Origin: Octopus vulgaris
Lineage: Eukaryota
Length of the DNA: 64,000 nucleotides
Direction of reading: 5' to 3'
Assembly: GCA_951406725.2 (NCBI GenBank)
Contig: OX597816.1
Coordinates: 176,018,001 to 176,082,000, forward strand
A program made the translations under genes and the position numbers. This document shows positions 11,820 to 28,659 of this stretch, in pieces. Within the stretch, counting starts at the first letter, position 1. Each line of letters opens with the position of its first letter. The notes under the pieces were generated by a model. That model saw nothing but the letters and a program-made list of their open reading frames with translations. It ran no database searches and had not been told where the DNA came from.

Positions 11820-13730
11820 TAAAACGGTAAGATAACAAAAGAAAGAAAGAGACCTCAATATTATGTAAATAGAGGAAATTTATCTATACAATAATATGTT
11901 ACATTACTCGATAGTCAAGATAAAACTCTGAGTTTCAGATGCCGAAGTGGAAATCCACAACACCATCTCTTCGGTTATCTGGCTATTTGAAAACGCTATG
12001 AAAAAATACCGTTATATAAAGGGAAATTACTGTGTTATAACTCTGCTTGCCTGCGTACTTATACATCGCTCGCATTTTTCGTCATAAAAATTATATAAAA
12101 ATACATAAAAAATATATAAAAATATATAAAATCTTCTTGGGACATAACATAGAAAGCATGTTCTATCTGTTTTCTTTAGGGGACCAAAAATGTAACAGAA
12201 ATTTAGTCACATATGGGCATGATCCGAAAAGTTCTGTCCTTGTGTTTAGACATGTAGTGCTTTTCCAGTTAAGCCATCTCTCCATGTCGCATAGACCGCA
12301 CCTTCCGCTGCCGTTGGTATAGGGCTTACATCTGGCCAAAATCTTCCATTGTATGTTATAACCGACACCTTTATCTCTTAAAGACCAAATATGATTAAAT
12401 AATTGTGTCGCTTTTCTTTTGTTCCAGTGCCTAAACCTGGCCTTGAAATTTCCCTCTGTAAGGCCCACGTATTTCTTCGTCGAAACGGTGTCTTTAGTGG
12501 TTATAGATTTTACGGTAGCTTCATATATGATGGTCTTGGACATGCAAGCTCCATTTAGCGGGCACAATTCTTTATTCCTACATGAACAGCTGTTTTCTTG
12601 TTGTGTTTTTTGTATGTTATGTTTGATTATGTTTTTAAAATTGGTAGTTGAACTAAAACTAATTTTTAAATTGTGTCTATTGAAGAGTTTCCTATAAGTA
12701 TAGTTAACTGGAAAATGTCTGTCTATCAGTGCTAGGAAATATTTACCTATATTGAAGGCCTTCCTATTTCTATTATTCCTTTTCTTTACTGTTGGGCTAG
12801 TGATGGGTGTATATTTTATTTTTATATTTTATCTTTTAAAGCCTATTGAAGATGTCCTTATCAGAGGAGAGGCTAGAAATCCTCTTACTAATATTTTTAA
12901 CTAAATTTTTGAATACTATAGGGAGATGGCATGAACCTACATTAATATAACTTAGTCTATCATTGGGCTTCCTATAAATATTCTTATTAAGATCTAAGGA
13001 AACGTCTAAGAAATTAACAACCGTCAGGTTAGTATCTATAGTTATACTAAGTCCGAAGTATTTCATTAACTGGATAATATCCTTCCTAAAACGATCTTGT
13101 GCTGGTCCATTTGTATTAGCTGTTAAGGCGAGGGCATCATCTTTGTAGATGGCGAAATGTACGTTAGGGAATGTCTTACCTAAGGTATCTAGGAGAAAAA
13201 GTCCAATTAGATCACAGATGCCTGCCCATCATATGAACCCATGCTCACATCTGTGTCGGTGTTTTTTACCCACATTGCGTTCTCACTGAAAAGTAATGTC
13301 TTTCTAGCATGGAAGATTATGTCCTTATCATTGGTACTAATATCTATGAAGTCGCTAGCGAAGATGAGGGCTTTATCTAGCAATTCTTTAGAGATAGAGG
13401 CATAAAAATCAACAATATCGAATTGTGTAAACCTCGCTTTTTTCTTATTCTTAATAGCTTTAAACCAGTGGACGACTTCTATACTATTGGACCATTGTAC
13501 TAGCCTAGTATCGGTCTTAATTTTCGTATTTATTTTATCTAAAATTTCTTTACTAATAATCCCAAGTTCTGACTTGGCTGGGTTGATAAGCCTACATTTA
13601 GGGTTGGAAAGGAAGTTTTCTTTGTGATCTTTAATGGTAATAAAGGCCTCTTTTTGGGGGAGGGCTTCTATTTTTTTAATCTAATTTAAGTTTAGCGGCG
13701 ATGACGCTAGCTTCTTTATTAATTTCGTTA
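11814..13730 (-). mobile_element. Penelope-like element (decayed RT + GIY-YIG, pseudo-LTR)
   Basis: Fragments NFLDVSLDL..YRKPND..YIN, CPLNGAC..IIYEA..YVGLTEG, CGLC; MGSYDG and YKDDAL RT motifs on the minus strand near 13130-13245. Confidence 0.9.
11911..11986 (-). ncRNA. variant hammerhead ribozyme in Penelope pseudo-LTR
   Basis: Minus strand: stem I AGATAA/TTATCT, core CCGAAGA (U4C), stem II GATG/CATC, TGAAA, near-palindromic stem III ACTC-A-GAGT. Confidence 0.55.
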
Positions 13731-13939
13731 TATATATATATATATATATATATATAGCATGCATGTATGCATACATACATACATACATACATTCATACAT
13801 ACATACATGCATACATACATACATACGTACATACATACGTACGTACGTACGTACATACATACAGGACATCCCAAAACTAAGGCAACCAACTTTTTTCAAT
13901 TTTGCCAAAGCAAAATGTTGTTATATTTTAGGTCCGAGC

Positions 13940-14160
13940 TGTTACACATTCATATCTATGTGTATACGTGTGTAGAATACATCCCCACTTTTGGCACTAT
14001 TTTGTTAGTAAACAGTACGAACTGTGTCTAAAGTATATATGTATTACTACGCTGATGTTGACAGTTCGTGTAACAAGTAAAGTAAATAAACACGTAAAAC
14101 AATAACAATGCCTTCATTTGAGTTGTCTATCATCCATCGAGAACGAAACTACACATAACA
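13940..14160 (+). repeat. 5' LTR
   Basis: Near-identical to 18448-18679 apart from a 10-bp duplication and a few substitutions; contains AATAAA. Confidence 0.95.
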
Positions 14161-14171
14161 TGGTGGCAGCG
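14161..14171 (+). promoter_or_regulatory. primer-binding site, complementary to tRNA-Leu 3' end
   Basis: TGGTGGCAGCG immediately after the LTR; complement of ...CGCUGCCACCA of tRNA-Leu(AAG/UAG). Confidence 0.8.
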
Positions 14172-17100
14172 ATAAATAATTAATCAGAAACTGTGCATTT
14201 ACAACAAAACAGAAACACAACGAACCAGCGCTTCGTCTTCGGACACACTCATGGTCGCCGTACAGATGAATCTACATCCGATCATGAACTAGGACTCCGA
14301 TGATATCGTGGAAGCATTCAAGAAATTCAAACAGAAAACTCAACTAGCTTTCAAAAGTTTCCCGAAAGGTACAACCGCCGATGAAAAGGTAAGCTACATC
14401 CTTTTATGGACGGGAGAGAAGGGCTTAGACCTATTCAATTGCTGGGACATGTCAGAATCGGATTGCAATAACCGAGACACACTTTTAGAGAAATTTGAAA
14501 GGCACCTAGAGCCCAGATCGAACCATAGAATTCACAGATACGAATTCCAGGGCCTGAAACAAGACCCACAAGAAACGATTGACAACTTCCTATCCAGACT
14601 AAAGAATGTTGCCGAAAAATGCAAATTCAAAGATAAGGACGAAAGAATTGTTGATCAACTAATATGAGGGTGTGCTCATAAAGAAGTTCAGAAATCCCTC
14701 ATAGGTAAGGACGCTCTCCAGTTAATGGAAACTGTAGGCACTGCAAGAGCAATCCAAGCCACTACCAAACAAGTGGCCTCACTTACTTTACAAACAAGCG
14801 CACTAGGCAGCAGTGTAGATATTGTATCTAGGCATAGGACGAAACATACCCGCAAACAAAGAACATGCCAGTACTGTGGTACAGAGCATGAGTTCAATAA
14901 CCGGAAGAAATGTCCTGCATTCGGTACACACTGGAAAGCATGTGGAAAACCCAACCACTGGGAAAAAATGTGTAGGCTAACAAAATTCCAGAAATACAAG
15001 CCCCAATTTTCAAAAAGGAGCGGAAATAGAAAAAGATATATACATGCCCAACAACAAGAACAAAGCACCTCAGAGGAGGAATTCTTGGCAGTCAGCAAAA
15101 TAAATGTGCATGAGATGGGAAATGACAACCAGAAAAAAGAAATGAGGCATACACAACAATACGAATACAAAAGAAGTCTGGCAAGAAACGAATGAACATT
15201 GACTTAAGGCTAAAGATTGACACTGGAGCCCCCAGCGTGATATCTTGCCTGTCAACCTTTACAAAAAGATGTTTCCAGAACACATGATACAAGAGGATAA
15301 AGTCAAAGAAGGAATCCTCACACCAAGTGATGTAATCCTCACTGCATACGAAGGTACCAGGATTCCACAACTGGGCAAAACAACAATCACAGGGACACAC
15401 AAAGGAAAAATAATCGACTGTTCTTTTTATGTCACAAGAACAGAAGGACCAGTAATTCTTGGACTCAATACCTGTCAAAAGCTTAACATTGTGTCAATCA
15501 ATGGTGAAGTGAAGGCAGTTCCAAGCAGGATTGACAGAGATATGCCTATCAAAGACCGACCACCAATCACAAACAAAGAAGAACTGATAAGCATGTACCC
15601 TGAATGCTTTGACGATACAGTCGGGTGCTTTGTGAAATGTCGATACCATATAACAGTCGATCCCAATATCAAACCAATTGTTCACCCACCTCGCCACGTC
15701 CCTCTAGAACTAAAAGAGAAGCTGAAGACAGAGTTGGACAGAATGGAAAAAAAAAGAAATAATCACCAAAGTGACACGACCAACAGACTGGGTGAATTCA
15801 ATTGTAATCAAGGAAAAACCCAATGGTACCCTACGGATATGCCTTGACCCTAGGGACCTGAACAAGGCATTAAAAAGAGAGCACCATCCAATTCCAACCC
15901 TTGAAGAAATCACACCATCATTGGCTGGGTCCAAATTATTCAGCAAACTGGATGCCAGTAATGGGTACTGGAATGTAAAGATAGACAAAGAGTCATCCAT
16001 GCTCACTACCTTCAACACACTATTTGGCAGATATCGATTTAACCGACTCCCATTTGGATTGAAGGTGAGCCAAGATGTTTTCCAGCGCCAAATAGATGAG
16101 ACCTACCAAGGCTGCAAGGGAGCAATTGGGATAGCAGATGATATCCAAGTGCATGGCAAGGATGAGACCACACATGACTTGAATTTACATGAAGCTATGG
16201 AGAAAACCCGACAAGCAGGTATCAAAGTCAATACAGACAAGTGTGTGATAAAAGCAAAGGAGTGCAAATTCTTTGGAATTATATACTCTGCAGAGAGAGT
16301 TAAACCAGACCCCGCTAAAGTGGAAGCCATCAGAGACATCAAAGAACCCAAAGACAAGAAGGAACTCAGGAGCTTCCTGGGACTCATCCACTACATGGGA
16401 GCCTTCATACCCAAGCTGCAGATCTCCGAGAGCTAAACAAAGATGACTTAGAGTTTGATTGGTGTGCTTCACACACACACAGGATTTCAAAGCAGTCAAA
16501 AAGCTCATCAGCAAGGAGACAACTCTGCAATACTATGACAGACGCAAACCAGTAATACTCCAAGTCGATGCTTCTATGAGAGGAGTTGGCGCAGCACTGA
16601 TACAGGAAGGTAAACCCATTGCATATGCCTCGAAAGCTCTCTCACCCACAGGTACGCAAATATTGAAAGGGAACTCCTGGCAGTAGTATATGGATGTGAA
16701 AGGTTCCATACATACCTGTATGTCAGACATTTCAATATTGAAACAGACCAGCGCCCGCTAGAACAAATACATAGAAAAAACCTCTCGAAAGTACCAGCCA
16801 GACTGTAAAGATTACTGTTAAGGCTTCAAACATACGACTACGATATCAGGTACAAGCCAGGAGAAGACCTGATATTGGCGGATGCTCTTTCCAGACTATC
16901 CTCACATGATAAACAGGAGATGGAAGGACTAAGCAGAAAGGTCCACCACATTGTAAATGTAACAACCACAAAGCTAGCTGAAATCAAAGAGGAGACCAGC
17001 AAAGATGAAGAACTCCAGCTCCTTACTCAGATGGTGATTCAGGGGTGGCCAGAAAAGAGACGTCAGGTGCAGCCCCTCATTCGTGAATATTGGGCCATCC

Positions 17101-18447
17101 ATGATGATATATCAGTGGAGAATGGAATCCTGATGGCTGGATCCCGAATAATTATACCCAAGTCAATGCAAAAAGAGATTCTTGACAAGATCCACCAAGG
17201 GCATCTAGGAATGGAGAAATGCAAGCTCCGAGCCAAGTCAGCAGTATATTGCGTAGGCATGTACAAAGACATAGAAAAGACAGTTTCTACATGCCACATC
17301 TGTCAAAAGTACAGAAACTCACAACAAAAGGAGGAAATGATATCTAGTGACATCCCAAGAAGGCCATGGCAAACTATTGGAGTAGATCTGTTCACAGAGG
17401 GCCAAGAATGGTATTTAATAATGGCCTGCTACTACTCCAAATTTCCATTTGTGAGAAAAGTGAAAGACCTGAGAGCCAAAACAATCACTACAGTGGCTCG
17501 AGGACTTCTAACAGAGCAAGGAATACCAGAGCAGGTCATATGTGACAATGGAACCCAGTTCACATCGCAAGAATTCAAAAAGCTAGCCGATGAGTATGGG
17601 TTCAATATTACAACCTCATCTCCACACTACCCCAACGGTCATGGTTTATAGAAAGACAGATGTAGACAGTGAAGAGAACACTAGTCAAATGCCGAGAGAC
17701 TAAGGAAGACCCACACCTGGCACTTCTGTCCCTACGAGCAACACCACTGAGAGCTGATATGAAATCCCCAGCAGAATTGCTGAATGGCAGGAAGTACAAA
17801 ACTACCCTGCCAACCAAGATCCAACCTCCTATTGACCAGGAAGAGACAAGGGCAAAGCTAGCAGCCACTCAAGAACAATCACAGAAATATTACAACAAAC
17901 ATGCACAATACTTACCTGAGATACTTGGAGGACAACATGTGCATACTCAAGATGCCATAACTAAAACATGGATCCCAGCACAGGTTGTCAGTAGAGCTGA
18001 AAATCCAAGATCGTATATAATAGAAACGGAATCTGGTAGGCAGCTGAGACGCAACAGAGCCCACATCCACCCAACACCAAATGTGTCAAGGACAACGTGT
18101 ACAACACCTGTTGCATCAGTGACAACACCCACAGAATCATCACCCCAACGGGCACCAAACACCCATCAGCAGCCCAACAACACACCTCAGACACCGGTGC
18201 GAAGCACAAGATCCACCAGATGGAGAAAGAACATTCTGCCACCGGTTCGATACCGTTAAAGAAAAAAAAAAAAGAAAATGAAAAGATAAATAACTAATTC
18301 TGCTAGATTACAAAGCAGAGGCAGAATAATCTCACGGTTTCTGCTGCAGGATTGTCACCTCGCGCTGACAATCCATTAGAGTAAGGGAGACTACTTATAT
18401 TTGTCTTCACTACTAAAAGACCCCTTTATTTTTTTTTCAAGAAGGGA

Positions 18448-18679
18448 TGTAACACATTCATATCTATGTGTATACGTAGGTATACGTGTGTAGAATACAT
18501 CCCCACTTTTGGCACTATTTTGTTAGTAAACAGTACGAACTGTGTCTAAAGTATATATGTATTACTACGCCGAATGTTGACAGTTCGTGTAACAAGTAAA
18601 GTAAATAAACACGTAAAACAATAACAATGGCTTCATTTGAGTTGTCTATCATCCATCGAGAACGAAACTACACATAACA
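18448..18679 (+). repeat. 3' LTR preceded by polypurine tract
   Basis: AAGAAGGGA (18439-18447) then TGTAAC...ATAACA. Confidence 0.95.
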
Positions 18680-19506
18680 CGAGCATTGCAATGGTAAAGG
18701 AAACACAATTAGGACACTACCACATTTATCCTACATGACCACCTCCTTAATTCACAGCCTTAAATCTAGGTTCAAATGCGTCACACACAGCACACAGCCG
18801 TTCTTGTGGATTTGAAGCCCGTTCCTGGTACAGTTTTGCCTTCAGAGCATCAAGTAAAGCATAAGGAGTGCTCGACACCCTCGTCTCAAAGATGGGCCGA
18901 ACAGAAAAATCCAACAGGTTGAGATCAGGGCTATGTATCCTTGCCTAAGAATGACAGAATGTTTTCCTGAATCCAGTGTTGCATCTGTTTGGAGCTGTAG
19001 GATGGTGACGAGTCCTGTTGGAGGTCCCAAGGTGTGCCTTGAAATTGCTCATTCACCCATGGAAGTACTTCACCTTCCAGAATGTCCCTAATGTATTGCT
19101 GAGTGTTAATTTTAACACCCAAGGGCACAAAAACGAGAGGATACCTTCCAGTGGCTGTTACAGCCACCCAAAACATAACTGACTGTGGATTTTGACATCG
19201 GTTTATAAATCTACCCTCGGCGGAGTGAGATACACTTCAAAGTCCATCATTCTACTCGATGTCAAATTTCTTTTCATTAGGAAACACCAGGTTGGGCAGC
19301 ATGCCTTCAGCAATCTGATGCATGATAAGACAACTTCTCTCCAGTCTCATGAAGATCATCTTGTAAGGGTGGGTCCTGAGATCTTCCGTCAGCACTTGAT
19401 GGAATGACGAGGATTACACTGTATATTTTCTCTGGTACTTTAGATTAGCTGGGGGTCCACACACTTCTTTTTCAGCCACGTCCAAGTTGATCAGTAGTGG
19501 AACCAG

Positions 19507-19717
19507 TTTACTCTTTACTCTTTACTCTTTTACTTGTTTCAGTCATTTGACTGCGGCCATGCTGGAGCACCGCCTTTAGTCGATCAAATCGACCCCGGAA
19601 CTTATTCTTTGTAAGCCCAGTACTTATTCTATCGGTCTCTTTTGCCGAACCGCTAAGTGGCAGGGACGTAGACACACCAGCATCGGTTGTCAAGCAATGC
19701 TAGGGGTACAAACACAG

Positions 19718-19756
<39 letters not shown>

Positions 19757-19927
19757 CATATATACGACAGGCTTCTTTCAGTTTCCGTCTACCAAATCCA
19801 CTCACAAGGCATTGGTCGGCCCGGGGCTATAGCAGAAGACACTTGCCCAAGATGCCACGCAGTGGGACTGAACCCACAACCATGTGGTTGGTTAGCAAGC
19901 TACTTACCACACAGCCACTCCTGCGCC
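19507..19927 (-). mobile_element. tRNA-derived SINE, family B (full length)
   Basis: GGCGCAGGAGTGGCTGTGTGGT head, (AAAGAGT)n tail. Confidence 0.9.
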
Positions 19928-20220
19928 ACTTCAAGTTTCTTGAAATTTCTTGGCAATTTTCCAGACTTGTTCAGTTTATTTAAAACTTTTTGCTATAGCT
20001 GTATTACTTTTGCTTCCTTTCTATGTGTCTTCATTTGTGCATGCGTATACCTCTATGTGTGTATGGACACACATAAAGGTATATACTTAGTCAGTGTGTG
20101 TGTGTGTGTGTGGGGGGGATGCCTGTAATATTTGTATCCTGTTTATACACGTTCGTGTAATTTATTTTTGTTAATTTTTATTTTGGTCATGTGTTTACAC
20201 CTACTTATTATTATTATTAT

Positions 20221-21112
<892 letters not shown>

Positions 21113-21662
21113 TTGGTTGTGTTTAGTTAAATTTTTTGTTTAATGTATATAGATATTTACTTCCATCTGTGTATTTTATTATCTTATTATGTTTTTAGTT
21201 TTGTTTATATTGTTACCAGTTTATGGGGATCTTATTCTGTCATATGCTGTGGTGTGATGTGTGTTGGGGTATGTGCTAGTGTTCCATTCCAGTTTCCTAT
21301 TCAGGCTAGGTTTATCTTGTATTATGTGTGTAGCTTCCGTAATTTGTCTAATTGTTGCGTCTGTTCTATGTGTGGACAATATTTTAACTTCTATGTTGTT
21401 GATTGATCCCCCGTGTTCCTGCTCGGCGTGCTGGTACAGAACCAATGAGCTCTTCTCTTCCTTAAGTTCTCTCCAATGCTCATTTACCCGCTCTCCTATG
21501 CTCCGTGCCGTTTTCCCTACGTACGTCGTTGTCTTGTTACTGCATATATGGTAACAATATAAACAAAACTAAAAACATAATAAAATAATAAAATACACAG
21601 ATAAATAAACAAATGGAAGTAAATAACTATATACATTAAAAAAAATTTAACTAAATACAACC

Positions 21663-21723
<61 letters not shown>

Positions 21724-21753
21724 GTAATAATAATAATAATAATAGTAATAATA

Positions 21754-23703
21754 GATCATGGAGAACCACACTAACTCTGAACAGTGACAATGAATCTCTA
21801 AATGCTAGTGATGTAAAAATTTCGTGTGGAATTTTCCAGGGTGACTCACTGTCACCACTCCTCTTTTGTTTATCCTTAATACCTCTCTCAAAGCTGCTCA
21901 ATGACGCGCAGTACGGGTATAAAATGTTTGATAAAAATATAAATCATCTCGTTTACATGGATGATTTAAAGCTTTTTGCAAAAAATGACGAACAACTCAA
22001 GGGCTTACTTAGCGATAGTCAAACAATTCAGTGACGACATCAGAATGCAATTCGGCCTCGATAAATGTGCAAAGGCTACCTTTATCAAAGGAAAAATGAC
22101 AGAAACATCTAACGTTAAGCTTGATCAACAGAATGTCATAAAAGAACTAGACTCAGCGGAGAGCTACAAGTACCTAGGGGTAATTGAAGGGAACGGAATA
22201 AGGCATTCAGAGATGAAGGAAAGGATCAGGAGAGAATGCTATCGAAGAGTGAGAGCAATACTCAAGACAGAGCTGAATGCAAGAAACAGGATCGAAGCGA
22301 TCAATGCATTAGCCATACCAGTCGTGACTTACAGTTTCAATATTGTTAACTGGTCAATTACTGAAATATGTCAGCTCGACAGAAAAATAAGGAAACTGTT
22401 GACAATGCATAGAATGCACCACCCTAAGGCAGATACAGAACGACTCTATCTGCCAAGAAAAGAGGGAGGCCGTGGACTTTTGCAACTGGCAATAACAATG
22501 AAGATTGCTACAATTGGCCTAGGCACCTACCTGAAAAACTCTGAAGATTGGATGTTAAAACTTGTCTCAAAACATGAAAACAAGAAAGCATCATACTCAG
22601 TCACAAAACAGGCAAAGGAATATCTAAGTGAATTCCGAATACAACAAATTTCGGAATTAGAGATAGACATACAAGAAACAGGCACAGAAAAAGCTAAGCG
22701 CATGAAAACCCGTGCTAAATCTGCGGCCTTAGATATTCTGAATGATAAATGGCAAGAAAAACCTCTCTATGGCAAATACCCAAAGAGAGCAAATAATGCA
22801 GATGTTGACAAAGCCCTGACCCATCAATGGCTAATGGCCTCTGGCTTAAAATCTGAAACAGAGGGGTTTATCATAGCAGCTCAAGATCAATGCCTACCAA
22901 CAAGAAACTACCAGGCCAACATATTAAAGAACGGCAGTAGCCCAACATGTTGTGTATGCCGACAACAAAATGAAACCATTGACCATGTTGTCTCCAAATG
23001 CAGTCTTCTAGCGCCTACAGAGTACCTCAGTAGGCATGATAGAGCTGCACAATATATTCACTGGGTAATTTGCAAAAACCTGGATTTGCCCCATGAAAAA
23101 AACTGGTGGGAACACAATCCACCTCCTGTGCTTGAAAATGACCACATCTCACTCCTCTGGAACTTCACCATTCAAACTGACAGGAATATAGATGCAAATA
23201 GGCCAGACATTATATTGAAAGACTTCAGACAAAGAACATGCCTCCTCATTGATATGACTGTCCCAATCGATATAAACGTATCTGTCAAGACCTACCAAAA
23301 ACTGAGCAAATATAAAGATCTTGAAATAGAAATCAGCAAAATGTGGAAGCTGAAGACTAAAACAATACCTGTTGTCATAGGTGCCCTGGGAATGATAGCG
23401 AAAGGGACTGATTGCTACCTAACTCAGATGCCAGGAAACCCCAAAATGGCAGAAATTCAAAAGATAGTGCTCATGGGAACTGCTCATATCCTACGCAAAA
23501 TACTCTCTATGTAATCCCAAGGTTTAAAACAAACTTTTTAAATTTTTTTTTTATGTATTAGACATTCACTAGTACAACACCAAAAAAAAAAAAAAAAAAA
23601 CCCAAATATATGGCACAGAACTTCCAGCCTGTTGTCTCTTGAGGTCTCTGGGTGAGACTTGGAGCCAACTTGTACAGACATAAAGCAAAAGTCAAACATA
23701 GAG
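21754..23703 (+). mobile_element. 5'-truncated R4/Dong-clade LINE (RT + CCHC finger + restriction-like endonuclease) in (TAA)n
   Basis: GIFQGDSLSP and YMDDLK upstream of ORF 21976-23514, which has YKYLG, RKEGGRGL, C..C..ETIDHV..C, RHD, RPDI..D, K..KY; TAA repeats on both sides. Confidence 0.92.
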
Positions 23704-23966
23704 TAATAATAATAATAATAATAATAAAAAAATAATAATAATAAGTAGGTGTAAACACATGACCAAAATAAAAATAAACAAACACAAATTACACGAACGT
23801 GTATAAACTGGAGATACAAATATTACAGGCACTCCCCCCACACACTAACTAAACATAGACGCACATAGAGATATACGCATGCGCAAATGAAGACACATAC
23901 AATAGAAATACAAAATGGCTGACGGTTAGTAAGGAGAGACACACAAATAAGAAAGAAGAAAGCAAA

Positions 23967-24011
23967 GGACCACTGATGAGGTCACAGAAGTGTGGCGAGA
24001 GAACTCTGGCC
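23967..24011 (+). ncRNA. minimal Penelope-type hammerhead (degenerate copy)
   Basis: GACCA-CTGATGA-G-GTCAC..GTGGC-GAGA-GAAC-TC-TGGCC; sister copies at 25585-25629(-) and 45148-45185(-) have GTGAC-GAAA. Confidence 0.55.
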
Positions 24012-24137
24012 GAAATAAGATTAAGATTAATGTAAAAAATAAATAAAACTGAAGCAAATTAACACCAAATATATAGTGCGTGTGTTTTTATTGGCTAAAC
24101 TGGCAAAATGACCATTCCTAAATACAACAATATATAT

Positions 24138-25870
<1,733 letters not shown>

Positions 25871-25957
25871 TTATTATCATTACATATGCTTGTATGTATG
25901 TATAACAACAATATTAGTAATAATAATAATAAATCTAATCGAAAAAAAAATACATAT

Positions 25958-26069
<112 letters not shown>

Positions 26070-26125
26070 AACTGATGAAGAATTACAGACTTCTGCTTTT
26101 CTCCCGTTCGTTTTCATATTCAGTA

Positions 26126-26515
26126 TACTCTCTTTTACTATTTTACTTGTTTCAGTCATTTGACTGCGGCCATGCTGGAGCACCACCTTTAGTCGGGCAA
26201 ATCGGACCCCGGGACTTCTTTGTAAGCCCAGTACTTATTCTATCGGTCTCTTTTGCCGAACTGCTAAGTGACGAGGACGTAAACACACAAGCATCGGTTG
26301 TCAAGCAATGCTAGGGGGACAAACACAGACACACAAACATATATATATACATATATACGACAGGCTTCTTTCAGTTTCCGTCTACCAAATCCACTCAAAG
26401 GCATTGGTCGGCCCGGGGCTATAGCAGAAGACACTTGCCCAAGATGCCACGCAGTGGAACTGAACCCGGAACCATGTGGTTGGTTAGCAAGCTACTTACC
26501 ACACAGCCACTCCTA
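26126..26515 (-). mobile_element. tRNA-derived SINE, family B
   Basis: Colinear with 19507-19927. Confidence 0.9.
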
Positions 26516-27161
26516 CGTCACATTTTAAAATCGAATAATGGAATGAAACACACGCACCAAATTTGTATTAACAAGTTTTTTTATATACCCTGTGACTCTT
26601 GCTTTCATTCTTTCCTCTTTTCTTTCTCTCACCTTCTCTTTTCTATTCCAGTCTTTCTACTTATTCCTTTTCTACCTTCCCCTTAGCCTTTCTTCTTGCC
26701 CTTCATCCCTTTTTAATTTCTCTCTGTCGCTCCCTCTCCCTACTATCTCTCTTCTCTGCCCGTTCCCCTTTTCTTCCTTTCTTACGCTTTTCGCGTACCT
26801 GACCAGTCGCTAATTCTGTTTCTCCATTTCTTCAAGACATTTTCTTAGCGTTACCCACAGTTCTCGCCTTCTTGGCCGCAAGGCCCTATTTTGCTCGACT
26901 GTTTGCCCTCATCCACTGTCCCAAATCACACTCTGCGTCGTTTTGCTTGTTTTATTTTGTTTTCTTTGCTCTTCTCCTTAATTCTCCTAAAGAAAACCAT
27001 TTTTTGTGGGCACCGCCAATTGGGAAGCACTCAGTCATGTTGTTAAAGGTACGAAACTGAATATTAATAATTGGTCGATAACTGATGAAGAATTACGGAC
27101 CTTCTGTCTGTCTCCCGTTCGTTTTTCAATTCAGTATACGTTACGGCATTTGGTTATACAT

Positions 27162-27207
<46 letters not shown>

Positions 27208-27629
27208 ACACACAATGAAATAGATCTGTGTGTGTGTGTATTCGCTATCCACGTGAACTGCTTCCATACTTGGGATGCATGGATAATTCGACATCAGATA
27301 CATAATAGGCTCTCCAGTTTATTTTTTATTTAAAAATAAATAATATTGCTTTATATATATGATTCTCTTCTTTAAAAGGTTTCGCAAAATAAACTTCCGG
27401 TATTGACGTAGCAACGGTGAAATTTTCCGTTTTCTTTTGCGAAATCTCTCACTCTCTATTTTAATGTTTTCACTTCAAGTCTTAATTCGCTATTGGCAAA
27501 CAACTACGATAAATTACTGAAAGAAATATTTACTAATTCACAAATTTAGATATTCAGTACATGTTAGTTTTTAACGCACCTTATTTATACAGTTTTTTCA
27601 TTTCATGTTTATTTCATTTCATTGTTTGC

Positions 27630-27686
<57 letters not shown>

Positions 27687-28039
27687 AACTGAAAAAATCT
27701 AACACCACTTTTGACTCAAATCATGCAAAATTCTAGGGCGGTTCATAATGCCAACTCAAGTTTGTACCAAACTTGGCGTGTTGACTAAATACAATGCAGA
27801 AGCAGTATATCTCAAATTTCAGCTTTCAAGTTTGAGTAGTTTACGAGTTATAGAGTTTTTCATTTGTTACCACTTAAACCCCACTTTAGGAAATATCCTC
27901 TTCCTCTCCTTTTTATTTCTGTGACGCTAAAAACTCTGAATATATTAACTGTTTTTCACAATAGTAGACTTATCCAACTAGAGTATCTAAAATAATGTTT
28001 CATAAGAGAAGTGCTTGTGTCACTCAAAGAAACAAAAAA

Positions 28040-28455
28040 TCTGGACGAAGAATCTTGTGCTATGTCAAGACTCATATAGGAAAAGAAGAGCATTCTTTGG
28101 AAAACAATTTCAAATTGTCGGTCGCTACCTGTTATTTGGAGGTATCATCAAAGGAAGGAAAGAAAGAAGGAAATTTCAAAAGAAGCAACATTTTTTATTG
28201 CAAAAGTAATAGAATTTCCTATCTTGAACATACTAGCGTAGTCTCCTGCGCGAGAGCAGTGATAGGTCGTGGCTTATGGGGTCTCCGCGCTCAACATTCG
28301 TTGTCTAATCATTATACCATGTCTAATTTTTATCTTGTTATTTCTTTTTGTTCTTCCATCCACCCATTCAACCCTGTTGTAGTCCCCTTATTGTTCTTGT
28401 CTGTCCTGTATTGTCCCTCTATGTCGGCCCTAGTGGCTAATGAAGAATTAAATTA
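28040..28455 (+). mobile_element. decayed LINE 3' end (L1/Tx1-like), tail shared with SINE family C
   Basis: End TTGTCTGTCCTGTATTGTCCCTCTATGTCGGCCCTAGTGGCTAATGAAGAA resembles tails of the SINEs at 52346 and 63128. Confidence 0.45.
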
Positions 28456-28659
28456 CTTTTAGTGTTTCTCGGAAGCCACATTCAAAGCATCATTATATAT
28501 ATAATTTGCTCCTATTGTTTGTGTGTATTTTCATAGGAGAAAAAACATTTAAATAGGTAATTTAATCGTTCTTGAATGTAATGATAGTAATGGTAAATTA
28601 ATTTATTGAAGTATTCATGTTGCAGTAAGAGTGAATATTTCTTTATAAACAATTAAAAA

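Larger units (their letters stand above)
13940..18679 (+). mobile_element. full-length Ty3/Gypsy LTR retrotransposon, inactivated
   Basis: TG..CA LTRs 13940-14160 and 18448-18679; TSD CGAGC on both sides; gag zinc knuckles, protease DTGA, RT (CLDPRDLN, RLPFGL, IADDI), RNase H (VDAS), integrase (H..H..C..C, CDNGTQF); multiple stops/frameshifts. Confidence 0.97.
13862..19990 (-). mobile_element. decayed Tc1/mariner (DD37D/maT-like) transposon hosting the Gypsy element and a SINE
   Basis: TA|CAGG terminus near 13860; transposase remnants 18685-19505 (MFWVAV..G..PLVFV..GVKIN..Y..QQDSSP). Confidence 0.7.

Noticed and set aside
26072-26100. CTGATGA as a hammerhead core (also 27082)
   Set aside because: No stem II followed by GAAA and no closing stems
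28233-28262. CTAG plus weak hairpin as the missing 3' end of the large Helitron
   Set aside because: Hairpin is poor and the site lies within a LINE-like 3' fragment
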